From: Bacteriovoracaceae bacterium
GTDB taxonomy: Bacteria; Bdellovibrionota; Bacteriovoracia; Bacteriovoracales; Bacteriovoracaceae
DNA length: 64,000 nucleotides
Reading direction: 5' to 3'
NCBI GenBank assembly: GCA_035576105.1
Contig: DATLXA010000067.1
Location: 205,082-269,081 of the forward strand
The notes beneath the pieces were generated by a model that saw only the letters and a program-made list of their open reading frames with translations, had not been told where the DNA came from and made no database searches. Made by a program: the position numbers and the translations under genes. Shown piece by piece: positions 18,731 to 28,233 of the stretch. The number at the start of each line of letters is the position of its first letter. The stretch's first letter is position 1.

Positions 18731-18758
18731 ATATAGCTGAGCCAAGGTGGTGTTACAA
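18730..18758 (-). promoter_or_regulatory. Sigma-70 promoter for riboswitch-btuB
   Basis: TTGTAA-N17-TATATT just downstream of the hpf terminator. Confidence 0.6.
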
Positions 18759-18760
18759 AT

Positions 18761-18785
18761 AAAAAAGGGCCCTGTCAGGGCCCTG
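18761..18785 (-). terminator. Rho-independent terminator after hpf
   Basis: AGGGCCCT-gac-AGGGCCCT followed by T run on the minus strand. Confidence 0.8.
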
Positions 18786-18799
18786 TGGTGAGTATTATC

Positions 18800-19189
18800 T
18801 TAAGCGGACTTTTCATCCCAGTCTTCGAAAGTGACCTTTTCCTCTTCCAAGACCTGTTTCATCATTTCAGTGTATTTAGGTGTGAGTTTGTGGGAGGCGT
18901 GGATCTTGTTTTTCCCCTGCTCCTTCTGCTTGTCTAGCTGCCTTTCCATCTTCTCCATCGTCATGTCCAAGGACTTGTACATGTTATCGGCGCAGGCCTT
19001 CGCGGAGAAGTCGAACTTCGGGCCATGGACTTTTACCATCGACCAGTGCTCGTTCTCATGGACCCAACACACCCACTGCATGGAGATGTCGCCGTCATAG
19101 AACTTTTTGAATTTTTCGGATTTTTCCTGGATTCGCTCATCGATGGCAGAGCTGTGCTTCATGTGCTTGTACGAGATTTTTAATTTCAT
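18800..19189 (-). CDS. hpf: Ribosome hibernation promoting factor / RaiA family
   Basis: MKLKISYKHMKHSSAIDERIQEK...NMYKSLD pattern; directly downstream of rpoN. Confidence 0.88.
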   Translation of the reverse strand: MKLKISYKHMKHSSAIDERIQEKSEKFKKFYDGDISMQWVCWVHENEHWSMVKVHGPKFDFSAKACADNMYKSLDMTMEKMERQLDKQKEQGKNKIHASHKLTPKYTEMMKQVLEEEKVTFEDWDEKSA

Positions 19190-19261
19190 AAACGTGCCTC
19201 AACAAAGTTAGTAATCGGACACAGGACTCAATTGGTGACTTCCTTACCTCATTGCTACCTC

Positions 19262-20716
19262 CTATTTTTTTCGTTTAGACGACGGCGCCACTCCCATGGC
19301 CTCGCGGTACTTGGCCACTGTGCGCCGGGCGACGACGATGTCCCGGGTGCTCAGCAGCTCGGAGATCTTCTGATCCGAGAGCGGCCGCTTCGAGTCTTCG
19401 TTGTTTATCATCTCTTTGATCTTCAGCTTGAGGCTTTCTCCGGCGATGTCGATCCCGCCGTTCTTCCCGCCGATGCCGGCGTTGAAGAAATACTTCAGCT
19501 CGAAAGTGCCGATCGGTGTGTGCATGAACTTGTTGGTGGTGACCCGGGAGACGGTGGATTCGTGCATCCCGATCTCGCCGGCGATGTCCTTGAGGATCAT
19601 GGGCTTCAGGAAGGCCGGTCCTTTCTTGAAGAACTCCTGCTGAGTTTTCACGATGGAATTGGCCACCTTGTAGATGGTCTTCTGCCGGTTATCGATAGAC
19701 TTGATGAGCCACATGGCGGCCCGGAGCTTGTCCTGGACGAACTCTTTTGCTTCCGTATCGCTCTGGCTATTTTTTATGAGGGACTTGTAGAGATTCGAGA
19801 TCCGCAGCCGCGGAACACCTTCGTCGTTGACCTGGACCACGAACTCGCCGCCCACCAGTGCCACGAAGATGTCCGGAACGACGTACTGGGTTTCTTCAGC
19901 GGAAACAAGCCTCCCGGGCTTGGGATTGAGCCCCATGATGATGAGCTCAGCGTCTTTGACCTTATCCTTAGAAACTCCGAAGTCTTTGGCGATCTTGTTG
20001 TAGTCTTTCTTCTCGAGGTCGTGGAGGTTTCGCTCAATGATGAGCTCCACTAGTGGACACCGCTGGAGTAGCATCCGGGCCTGCACGCCTAGGCACTCTT
20101 CAAGATTCTGAGCGCCACACCCGACCGGGTCAAGGTGCTGGACCATCCCGAGCATCCCCAGCGCCTGGTCTTTGTCGGTGATCTTGCTACGGGCGACGAT
20201 CTCCTCAAAAGGAACCTCGAGGTACCCGTCGTCGTCGATGTTTCCAATAAGATCCAGGGCGAAGTCAAGTTCCTCGGAAGCGAGGCTCTCCATGCGCAGC
20301 TGCCACTCCAGGTGTTCCTGAAGACTCTGGTTCTTGGAGATCATGTTCTCGTAGCTTGGCATATCATCGGGCGACGAGCTCTCTTTCATGTTCGGCGACG
20401 ATGACGAAGAGCTGTTGAAGGACTCGGAGTAGGATTCCCAGTCGAAGGTGTCCTTGGACCCTTCGATCAGTTCCGGCCCGGAGAAGTTATCTGAAGTTGC
20501 TTCTTGGTTTTCGATCTCTTCGCGGGAGGGCTCCTCGGCGTGAGAGAGCATCTCGCCGTCGATCTCTTCAAGCATGGGATTCTCGACCATCTCCTGGGAG
20601 ATGAGAGTGGTCATCTCCAGGTGGGTGAGGGTGAGAAGTTTAATGGCCTGCTGTAGCTGAGGCGTGATCATGAGGCTCTGCGTTTGCCTTAGCCCTTGAT
20701 GCATTTTAATCGCCAT
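19262..20716 (-). CDS. rpoN: RNA polymerase sigma-54 factor
   Basis: QSLMITPQLQQAIKLL, ENPMLE, MHESTVSR, RpoN box ARRTVAKYRE; start placed at MAIKMH. Confidence 0.97.
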   Translation of the reverse strand: MAIKMHQGLRQTQSLMITPQLQQAIKLLTLTHLEMTTLISQEMVENPMLEEIDGEMLSHAEEPSREEIENQEATSDNFSGPELIEGSKDTFDWESYSESFNSSSSSSPNMKESSSPDDMPSYENMISKNQSLQEHLEWQLRMESLASEELDFALDLIGNIDDDGYLEVPFEEIVARSKITDKDQALGMLGMVQHLDPVGCGAQNLEECLGVQARMLLQRCPLVELIIERNLHDLEKKDYNKIAKDFGVSKDKVKDAELIIMGLNPKPGRLVSAEETQYVVPDIFVALVGGEFVVQVNDEGVPRLRISNLYKSLIKNSQSDTEAKEFVQDKLRAAMWLIKSIDNRQKTIYKVANSIVKTQQEFFKKGPAFLKPMILKDIAGEIGMHESTVSRVTTNKFMHTPIGTFELKYFFNAGIGGKNGGIDIAGESLKLKIKEMINNEDSKRPLSDQKISELLSTRDIVVARRTVAKYREAMGVAPSSKRKK

Positions 20717-20729
20717 TGTGAATCCCCTA

Positions 20730-21455
20730 TTACATCTTAAATTCTTCACCCAGGTAAAATTTCCGGGCGATCTCATTGTTAATAATCTCCGCCGGCGTCC
20801 CACTCACCAGGAGCTCTCCCCGGTTCATGATGTAGGCCCTGTCGACGATCCCCAGGGTCTCTCTCACGTTGTGGTCCGTGATCAGGACACCGATGTTTTT
20901 CTGCTTCAGTCGCTTGATGATCTGCTGGATGTCACTGACGGCCAGCGGATCGACTCCGGCGAAGGGTTCGTCCAATAGGACGAACTTGGGGTCCAGGGCA
21001 AGGGCTCTTGCGATCTCCACCCGTCGACGTTCTCCTCCGGAGAGCTCTCGTCCCTTGGACTTCCGGATGTGGTCAAGACCGAAATCCCGGATCAGGTCAT
21101 CCAGAGCGTTGATCCTCTCTTTCTCGGAGAGCTTCCGCACTTCCAGCACAGAAAAAATATTCTCTTCCACCGACAGTTCCCGGAAGACACTTGCTTCCTG
21201 CGGGAGGTAGCCGATCCCTTTCTTGGCCCGGACGTGAAGCGGATCCCGGGTCACGTCTTCGCCCATCAGACTGATCTTCCCGGCGTCTGTTTTCACCAGG
21301 CCAACCATCATATAAAAAGATGTCGTCTTCCCGGCACCGTTGGGTCCCAGGAGTCCCACAACTTCCCCGAGCTCGACGTCGATGCTCACGTCTTTCACGA
21401 CTTCCCTACCGTTGTAGGTCTTCTTGAGATTCGTGGCGAAAAAGGTCGCGGCCAT
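20730..21455 (-). CDS. lptB: LPS export ABC transporter ATP-binding protein
   Basis: GPNGAGKTT, YLPQEASVF, LSGGERRRVEIARAL, LLDEPFAGVDP, ITDHNVRETL. Confidence 0.97.
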   Translation of the reverse strand: MAATFFATNLKKTYNGREVVKDVSIDVELGEVVGLLGPNGAGKTTSFYMMVGLVKTDAGKISLMGEDVTRDPLHVRAKKGIGYLPQEASVFRELSVEENIFSVLEVRKLSEKERINALDDLIRDFGLDHIRKSKGRELSGGERRRVEIARALALDPKFVLLDEPFAGVDPLAVSDIQQIIKRLKQKNIGVLITDHNVRETLGIVDRAYIMNRGELLVSGTPAEIINNEIARKFYLGEEFKM

Positions 21456-21458
21456 GCA

Positions 21459-22460
21459 CTAGTCCTTTAGTTCTTTTTTACGTTTCACCTGAACGTCTGA
21501 CATGGCATCGTCCACTTCGATCAGGTCGATATTTTCCCTGACCGTTATGCGATACCCTTTGATGACATCCTTTCCTTGCTCCACTCTCGGTGCTCCGGTC
21601 AGGACCATCTTCTGCTCACGTCCGAAACCTTCCAGACGTTCTGAAAATGCATTCCGCTTGGTAATCCCCTTAGGGGTTTCCATGGTTTCCGTCATCTTCA
21701 CATCGTCATTCAGGACGAAATACTTGAGGCTTTTGTTAAAGTTTTGCATGTGCAGGTCAGCTTTTCCAGCAGTTATCAGGTAATTACTTCTTTTTATCCT
21801 CACGTCCCCCAGCAGATGTGCCATGGATTTCTGGCCTTCCAGCTCCAGGCTCTCCGAAGAAAATATAAGTCTTCCCTCGTATTTCTTCTTCCGCTCCAAG
21901 GCCCCCTCGACCTTGCCTTTGAAATGGGTGTACTTATTATTTGGGTTGGCCCGCATGCTATCGGCGGCGATGGTAACCTGGTCTCTGGTTTTTAAATCCT
22001 CACCGTTAAACCTCACTCCGCCGCTTCCGAGGATCAGGTCTTTTTTAAAGTAGTAGATCACCTTCTGCGCCAGGTACTCGGCTTCATCGGTGGTGACCTT
22101 CACCTCCGTCGTCAGTTTCAGAACCTCGTTTTCCTTCTTGTAGATCCCGGCTTCCGCCTGGTAGCGCAGGGTCTTATTTTTTTCCTGATAGTTGTAGACA
22201 CCCTTCGGGAATTCGAACTCCGCTTGCTCTTCGCCGATGGAGCGCATGGAAGCCGCGGCCAGTGACATCTGTGGGATACCATCCTTGAGATGGAAATAAT
22301 CTAGTTGTTCAATGAGTGTAAACTCCGGAGCAAGGGCCTTGGCTTTCTGGTTTTCGGTTAGACCGGGAGCAACCTGGGTAAAAGACTTCCAGATGATAAA
22401 TGAATTCATGACTACAAAAACTGCAATGATAATGATGGATTTTGGATCTCTGAACTTCAT
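21459..22460 (-). CDS. LptC-LptA fusion LPS transport bridge protein
   Basis: N-terminal TM followed by tandem beta-jellyroll-like repeats; occupies the lptC+lptA slot upstream of lptB; start placed at MKFRDPK. Confidence 0.75.
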   Translation of the reverse strand: MKFRDPKSIIIIAVFVVMNSFIIWKSFTQVAPGLTENQKAKALAPEFTLIEQLDYFHLKDGIPQMSLAAASMRSIGEEQAEFEFPKGVYNYQEKNKTLRYQAEAGIYKKENEVLKLTTEVKVTTDEAEYLAQKVIYYFKKDLILGSGGVRFNGEDLKTRDQVTIAADSMRANPNNKYTHFKGKVEGALERKKKYEGRLIFSSESLELEGQKSMAHLLGDVRIKRSNYLITAGKADLHMQNFNKSLKYFVLNDDVKMTETMETPKGITKRNAFSERLEGFGREQKMVLTGAPRVEQGKDVIKGYRITVRENIDLIEVDDAMSDVQVKRKKELKD

Positions 22461-22562
22461 AATCCATCCTACACATTTTGTGGGATTCCAGATAGTTAAA
22501 CGTTCCCTGAACTTTGCCGTTAGGGAAAAACAGGTGACGTTTTTTCTCCATTTTTGTAGGGT

Positions 22563-25238
22563 GTGAAGATGCAAAATCAAAACATTCCGGAAGTGCTCGC
22601 GTTAAAAGACCTCGTAGCTTCAGGTGTTAAATTAACGCCGATGATGGAACAGTATTACCAGGTAAAAAAACAATACCCGGATGTTCTACTCATGTTCCGG
22701 ATGGGCGATTTTTATGAAATGTTTTTTGAAGACGCCAGAGAAGCCGCTCGACTGTTGAACATCTCTCTCACTGTCCGCGGGAAGCTCGGTGACATTCCGA
22801 TTCCCATGGCCGGGATCCCTCACCACGCGGCGGCCACCTACGTGGACCGGATCTCTTCGCTAGGAAAGAAAGTTGTCATCTGCGAGCAGATCGAAGATCC
22901 GAAGATGGCCAAGGGGATCGTGAAAAGGGCCGTGACTCAGATCGTGAGTCCGGGAATGCCCTACGACCTGGACAAGGCTTCTGGCTCGGAGAACAGGTTC
23001 CTTGCCGCTGGCTACAAGGATGAGAAAAGTTTCATCCTGATACTTCTGGATTACACCACCGGAGATTTCTACGGTCTTTGCTTCGATTCCATCGAAGAGT
23101 TCTGTGAACGGCTGTTGCTGATCAAGCCCAAGGAATTCATCTCGTACCTCGGTCAGTGGGAGACCTACCCTATCGTAGAAGACTACCTCCAGGGAATGGA
23201 TATCTTAAAGACTCACCTGAGCCAGGAATATTTCCAGGAGAAGCACTCCGGGTTCTATATCAAAAAGCTCATCCCTACCTACGAGCGGGACGGGATCATC
23301 GCTCAGAAGCCGGCAGTACTGGCACCACTCGGGGCCCTTAGCTATTACGTCACTTCGACCCAGTCGCTGGAGAAGATAAGTCACCTCAGACCCTTTAAGC
23401 TCCTCAACAACGAAGAGAACATGAAGGTGACCTTCGCTACCCTCTCCGGACTAGAGATCTTCCCCCGTAGCCGGGAGAAGGAAATGTACTCCCTGCTGGG
23501 CTTCATGGATAAGACCAAGACTTCCATGGGTACCAGGTTCCTCAAACAATACTTCCAAACGCCCCTGCGAGACCAGGGTCAGATCAGCAAACGCCTCGAC
23601 GTGCTGGAGTCCTTGATACGAAAGCCGGAGTTCATCAAGAAGATTCGCTCTCACCTCGAGCACGTCAGAGACCTCGACCGGATCATGGCGAAGGTCTCCA
23701 CCAAAAAAGTCTGTGCGCAGGATCTGCTCAACCTCGCCGGTGCCTTCGAAGTCTTCGCGGAGCTCGAGAAAGAAACTGAGCAAAACGGCTTCAATTTTTT
23801 CCAGAAGCTTGCGAAGAAAGACTCCCAGTTCATGGCCAAACTCTCTCAGGAGATCCGTCAGACAATCAGCGACGAGCTCGGCGCGCACCCGGAGAAAGGC
23901 AATCTCATTAAGCAAGGTGCGAGCACTCAACGGGACCGGCTCGCTAAGCTCGCCACATCGGCGTCGGATGAAATCTTAAAGCTCGAGAGCAAGTACCGGT
24001 CAGCGACGGGAATCTCCAACCTTAAAATCAAACACAACAACATCTCGGGCTACTTCATCGAAGTCTCCAACTCCCATCTGGCCAAAGTTCCGAAGAGCTT
24101 CCAGCGACGGCAGACCCTGGTCAACAACGAGAGGTACGTCACCGAAGAGCTGGACCTCTTCGAAAAAGACGTCACTTCGGCTCTGGACAAGCTCATCAAG
24201 CTCGAGAAAGAAATCTTCGACGCCATCGGAAAGGAAATCAGCGACGAGGCGTACCTGGTGCTGGACATCTCCAAGCGCCTGGCGCAGATCGACGTCTTCC
24301 AGTCCCTGGCCTGGATCAGTCTGCAGGAAAATTTCACCAGACCTGTGCTGCACCCGAACCGGCGAATGGTGAAGATCGACGGCGCCTGGCACCCGCTCAT
24401 CAAGGCTTCCATTAAAGATAGTTTTGTTACTCACGCCGTCCACCTCGATGAGAAGTGCTACTTCGGACTCATCACTGGGCCGAACATGGCGGGGAAGACC
24501 ACTGTCATGCGGGAAGTGGCCATCATCCAGTACCTCGCCCAGATGGGCTGCTTCGTCCCTGCCGAAAGTGCAGAGCTCGGCATCTGTGATTACCTCTTCT
24601 CCCGGCTCGGCGCCTCCGATGACATCATCAAAGGTCAGTCGACTTTCATGGTGGAGATGGCCGAGACGGCCGAGATCCTCCGCCACGCCACTGACAAGTC
24701 CCTTATCATCCTGGACGAGATTGGCCGCGGCACCTCCACCTACGATGGCCTCTCCATCGCCTGGGCTTTGGTAGAACATTTCGTGAAGCGCCTCAAACCC
24801 CTCACCCTGTTCGCCACCCACTACCACGAGCTCATCGAGCTGGTGGACAGTCTGCCGGAAGCAAAAAACCTGACGGTGCGAACCGAGCAAAAGAATGGCC
24901 GGGTCCAGTTCCTCTACGAACTCATCGAGGCCGGCGCCACGCAGAGCTTCGGGATCCACGTCGCCGAACTGGCCGGGCTCCCGAAAGAAGTGCTCCGGCG
25001 CTCGAAAGAAATCCTCCTCGAGCTGGAAAAAGAAAAGCACCCGGTGGCCCACGGCCTCCTCGGCAAAACAGCGGACAAGTCTGATCAGATGAGTTTCTTC
25101 GGGGCCCCCTCCGCGGAAGTCCCAGACTACCTGATTGGCCTAGAACAGAATTTACGGGACTTGGACATCTACAACCTCACACCTCTGGACGCACTAAAGA
25201 AACTTCATCAGCTTCAGGCAGATCTCATCAACCAGTAG
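22563..25238 (+). CDS. mutS: DNA mismatch repair protein MutS
   Basis: TPMMEQY, FRMGDFYEMF, ITGPNMAGKT, STFMVEM, DEIGRGTST, FATHYHEL. Confidence 0.98.
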   Translation: MKMQNQNIPEVLALKDLVASGVKLTPMMEQYYQVKKQYPDVLLMFRMGDFYEMFFEDAREAARLLNISLTVRGKLGDIPIPMAGIPHHAAATYVDRISSLGKKVVICEQIEDPKMAKGIVKRAVTQIVSPGMPYDLDKASGSENRFLAAGYKDEKSFILILLDYTTGDFYGLCFDSIEEFCERLLLIKPKEFISYLGQWETYPIVEDYLQGMDILKTHLSQEYFQEKHSGFYIKKLIPTYERDGIIAQKPAVLAPLGALSYYVTSTQSLEKISHLRPFKLLNNEENMKVTFATLSGLEIFPRSREKEMYSLLGFMDKTKTSMGTRFLKQYFQTPLRDQGQISKRLDVLESLIRKPEFIKKIRSHLEHVRDLDRIMAKVSTKKVCAQDLLNLAGAFEVFAELEKETEQNGFNFFQKLAKKDSQFMAKLSQEIRQTISDELGAHPEKGNLIKQGASTQRDRLAKLATSASDEILKLESKYRSATGISNLKIKHNNISGYFIEVSNSHLAKVPKSFQRRQTLVNNERYVTEELDLFEKDVTSALDKLIKLEKEIFDAIGKEISDEAYLVLDISKRLAQIDVFQSLAWISLQENFTRPVLHPNRRMVKIDGAWHPLIKASIKDSFVTHAVHLDEKCYFGLITGPNMAGKTTVMREVAIIQYLAQMGCFVPAESAELGICDYLFSRLGASDDIIKGQSTFMVEMAETAEILRHATDKSLIILDEIGRGTSTYDGLSIAWALVEHFVKRLKPLTLFATHYHELIELVDSLPEAKNLTVRTEQKNGRVQFLYELIEAGATQSFGIHVAELAGLPKEVLRRSKEILLELEKEKHPVAHGLLGKTADKSDQMSFFGAPSAEVPDYLIGLEQNLRDLDIYNLTPLDALKKLHQLQADLINQ

Positions 25239-25239
25239 T

Positions 25240-25266
25240 TAAGCTCCGCCCTCTTAGGACCGATAG
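25240..25266 (+). promoter_or_regulatory. Candidate sigma-28-type promoter for the RDD gene
   Basis: TAAG (25240-25243)-N15-ACCGATAG (25259-25266). Confidence 0.45.
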
Positions 25267-25277
25267 GTCTTGAGAGG
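25250..25277 (+). promoter_or_regulatory. 12-bp hairpin sequestering the SD of the RDD gene
   Basis: CCTCTTAGGACC-gata-GGTCTTGAGAGG; the 3' arm contains GAGG, 5 nt before ATG 25283. Confidence 0.6.
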
Positions 25278-25282
25278 TAAGT

Positions 25283-25879
25283 ATGAAATCCATCGATCTA
25301 GTTTTGTTTGCGGACCATTCCCAGAAGTTAACCCGCGAGATGCTGGTTGGGACGGTTGAGACCAGCGATCGAACCCAGCTAGCGAGATTTCTCGCTGCCC
25401 ATTTCATCGACTTCGTCATCGCCCTGAGCTTCACCTCGGCCATCTCCCAGAGCTTCACAGCTTCGATCAACCTGCTCCTTCAGGCGAAGGTCATGAGTAG
25501 CACTTTTTCCATGTACCATTCCGCGAGCTTCACTAGCATGATCTTCCCGGTGGTTCTTTTATGTTACTTTTCATTTTTCTATCTGCTCAACCACGGACAG
25601 ACCTGGGGGATGCATTTTTTTAAGGGCCGGATCACCATGAAATCCGGGAGCCTGATGGCGGCGGCGAAGTGGGGCTGCTACTCTTTCTCGGTGTGCTTAA
25701 CGGGGGGGATCTCACTGTGGTTACTCCAAGGGGTGAAGCTCAAGCAAGTCTTCAAGGGCCACGATTACCTCTACACGGAGCTGCTGGCGCACAAAGATGT
25801 GCCGACAATGAACCTTTTAGACGAAACACTCAAGCACCGGACTCCAGTAGCAGCTGAAGAATACAAGATTGCTGCCTAA
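25283..25879 (+). CDS. RDD family membrane protein
   Basis: RFLAAHFID and GQTWGMHFFKGRI motifs with TM helices. Confidence 0.8.
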   Translation: MKSIDLVLFADHSQKLTREMLVGTVETSDRTQLARFLAAHFIDFVIALSFTSAISQSFTASINLLLQAKVMSSTFSMYHSASFTSMIFPVVLLCYFSFFYLLNHGQTWGMHFFKGRITMKSGSLMAAAKWGCYSFSVCLTGGISLWLLQGVKLKQVFKGHDYLYTELLAHKDVPTMNLLDETLKHRTPVAAEEYKIAA

Positions 25880-27663
25880 CTATCCTCTAGCCATTTGAAT
25901 CCTAGTTCTTTGGTCTGCGCCGGGTTCGGTTTCGACGGTGCGCTCGCCATGAGGTCAGTGGCCGACGCCGTTTTCGGAAACGCGATCACGTCCCGGATGG
26001 AATCTGTCTTCGCCAGGAGCATCACCAACCGGTCCATCCCGAAGGCCATCCCCGCATGCGGAGGTGTGCCGTATTTCAGGGCTTCCACGAAGAAACCAAA
26101 CTGGTGCTGGGCTTCCTCTGCAGAGAGACCGAGGAGCTCGAACATCCGGCTCTGTTGCTTATTCTCGAAGATCCGCATCGACCCGCCTCCGATCTCGTAG
26201 CCATTACAGACGATGTCGTAAGCGTAGGCCTTGACGTCTTTGATCCGGGACTTGTCACTCGAGTAATAAAGTTCCACGTCTTCATCCTTCGGACGCGTGA
26301 ACGGATGGTGTTTCGCCCCCAGTGTGCCAGCGTCCTCATCGTAGTCGAACAAGGGAAAATCATAAACCCACAGGAAGGCGTAGTCATCGGAGCTACAGAG
26401 CTTAAAGGTTTTCCCGAGGTGTCTTCTCACAGCGTCCGCGCTGTCCTGAACCACTGACTCTTTCTTGTCCGCTGAGAAGAGCCACAGACCGTCTCCTTTT
26501 TCAGAAGACATGGCCTCAAGCTTTGCCAGAATAGTCGGGTCAACGAACTTAGAGATTCCTCCGCTCACCTGGCCCGCTTCAACCTTAAACCAGGCCACAC
26601 CCTTGCCGCCGTAGGGCTTCACGATTTCGACCAGGCCGTCGATGTCTTTGCGCGCGAGCGTCCCGGTGGAAGCCGGGAGGAGAATCGCTTTGATCAACCC
26701 GCCTTTATGGTCAGCGACCTCGGCGAAGGTCGCGAAGGCCGAGCCCTTGAAGATCTCTGTTACTCTCATATGCTTGAGCTTAAAACGGACGTCTGGTTTG
26801 TCCGAGCCGTAGTCGGCCATCACCTCATCGTAGGAGATGGACTTCATCTCGAAGCTCGCCGGCAGGTTGAACACATTCCGCACCACTTCCGTGGCCAGGT
26901 TCTTCATGTACTCCAAGGTCGGGAAGGAGACTTCGATGTCTATCTGGGTGAACTCCGGCTGCCGGTCAGCTCTGAGGTCTTCGTCGCGGAAGCAGCGGCA
27001 GATCTGGAAATACTTATCTGTGTTGGCGATCATCAGCAGCTGCTTCAAAGTCTGCGGCGACTGCGGAAGGGCGTAGACCTTGCCGGGATGGACCCGGGAC
27101 GGAACGACGTAGTCGCGAGCACCCTCTGGTGTCGTCTTATAGAGAATCGGTGTCTCTACCTCGGTGAACCCGAGGTTGTAGAGGGCCTCTCTGGCTTTCC
27201 TGGTGGTGTTGGACCGGAGGGTGAGGATCTCCTGCAGTTTCTTGGAGCGCAGGTCGAGGTAGCGGTACTTGAGCCGAAGGTCTTCTGTGGCCTGGACCAT
27301 CCCGTGCGGAAGGAAAGGAACTTCTTCTGCATAGGAAAGGAGCCGGATCTCTTCAACCTGAACTTCCACCAGACCGGTGTCCATGCCCAGGTTCTTGGCC
27401 GATTCAGGCCGGGCGATGACCTTCCCGGTGGCCAGGATGACAGACTCGAGAGAGAATTTTCTCAGGTCATTGATGTCTTTCTTATAATTCTCAAACCCGA
27501 GCTGGGTGACGCCGTACTTATCTCGCAGGTCGATGAAGTGGAGGCTCCCGAGATTTCTGTATTTGTTCATCCACCCGCACAGGGTGACTGTCTTTCCGAT
27601 GTCGGAATCCCGGAGTTCACCACAGTTATGAGAACGCATGGACCCTGCGATATTTTTAGTCAT
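25876..27663 (-). CDS. aspS: Aspartate--tRNA ligase
   Basis: MRSHNCGEL, FIDLRD, LRLKYRYLDLR, ALPQSPQ, CFRDEDLRADRQPEFTQ, GTPPHAGMAFG. Confidence 0.98.
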   Translation of the reverse strand: MTKNIAGSMRSHNCGELRDSDIGKTVTLCGWMNKYRNLGSLHFIDLRDKYGVTQLGFENYKKDINDLRKFSLESVILATGKVIARPESAKNLGMDTGLVEVQVEEIRLLSYAEEVPFLPHGMVQATEDLRLKYRYLDLRSKKLQEILTLRSNTTRKAREALYNLGFTEVETPILYKTTPEGARDYVVPSRVHPGKVYALPQSPQTLKQLLMIANTDKYFQICRCFRDEDLRADRQPEFTQIDIEVSFPTLEYMKNLATEVVRNVFNLPASFEMKSISYDEVMADYGSDKPDVRFKLKHMRVTEIFKGSAFATFAEVADHKGGLIKAILLPASTGTLARKDIDGLVEIVKPYGGKGVAWFKVEAGQVSGGISKFVDPTILAKLEAMSSEKGDGLWLFSADKKESVVQDSADAVRRHLGKTFKLCSSDDYAFLWVYDFPLFDYDEDAGTLGAKHHPFTRPKDEDVELYYSSDKSRIKDVKAYAYDIVCNGYEIGGGSMRIFENKQQSRMFELLGLSAEEAQHQFGFFVEALKYGTPPHAGMAFGMDRLVMLLAKTDSIRDVIAFPKTASATDLMASAPSKPNPAQTKELGFKWLEDS

Positions 27664-27726
27664 TGAAATCTCCTCAATTTATCTCGTAAACTGTTTGATA
27701 TCATACCCGAAAGAGGAATAAACTTC

Positions 27727-28233
27727 ATGAGAAAACTACTCGCCCTGCTAATGCTCTCCACCGCAGTTTCTTGCCAACGGGTGTCACAGGACCCGTTCAA
27801 AAAGATCGAACTCCTCACCCCGAGTGGAGACACCATCGAGACAACCCTTGCCATCACTATGGCAGATCAGACCCAGGGCCTCTCCGGTGTGCAGGATAAA
27901 GATTTTAAAGAAGATCAGGGCATGCTCTTCTACTACATGGAAGATTCGGAGAAAGCTTTCTGGATGCCGGACACGTACTTCGATCTGGATCTCATCTTCA
28001 TGGATAAGGACCTGAAGGTCCTGGACATCGTCCGCAAGGTCCCGCACTATGTCGGGCGCGCAAATCCTGACCTCATTCCTAAGGTACGTTCCGTCTGGGC
28101 CCGGCACACGCTGGAGCTCAAGGCCGCCTCAGAGATCTCAAAAAGATTGAAGGTCGGTGACGTGCTTACGTGGAAGTCTTCCTTAACGATGGGAGAGACG
28201 GAAGCGAAGATAAAAGAAAAAGGGATGAACTAG
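27727..28233 (+). CDS. DUF192 family lipoprotein
   Basis: QTQGLSG, QGMLF, FWMPDTYFDLDLIF, TLELKAA; lipobox-like AVSC. Confidence 0.85.
   Translation: MRKLLALLMLSTAVSCQRVSQDPFKKIELLTPSGDTIETTLAITMADQTQGLSGVQDKDFKEDQGMLFYYMEDSEKAFWMPDTYFDLDLIFMDKDLKVLDIVRKVPHYVGRANPDLIPKVRSVWARHTLELKAASEISKRLKVGDVLTWKSSLTMGETEAKIKEKGMN

Noticed and set aside
19213-19220. TCCGATTA as a sigma-28 -10 for hpf
   Set aside because: No TAAA-like -35 at a usable spacing.
24000-25052. 350-aa antisense ORF inside mutS (likewise 29779-30723, 26707-27666, 54850-55725, 61423-62286, 19232-20053)
   Set aside because: Shadow ORFs opposite well-conserved genes, expected from C/G-rich third positions; no motifs or SD.
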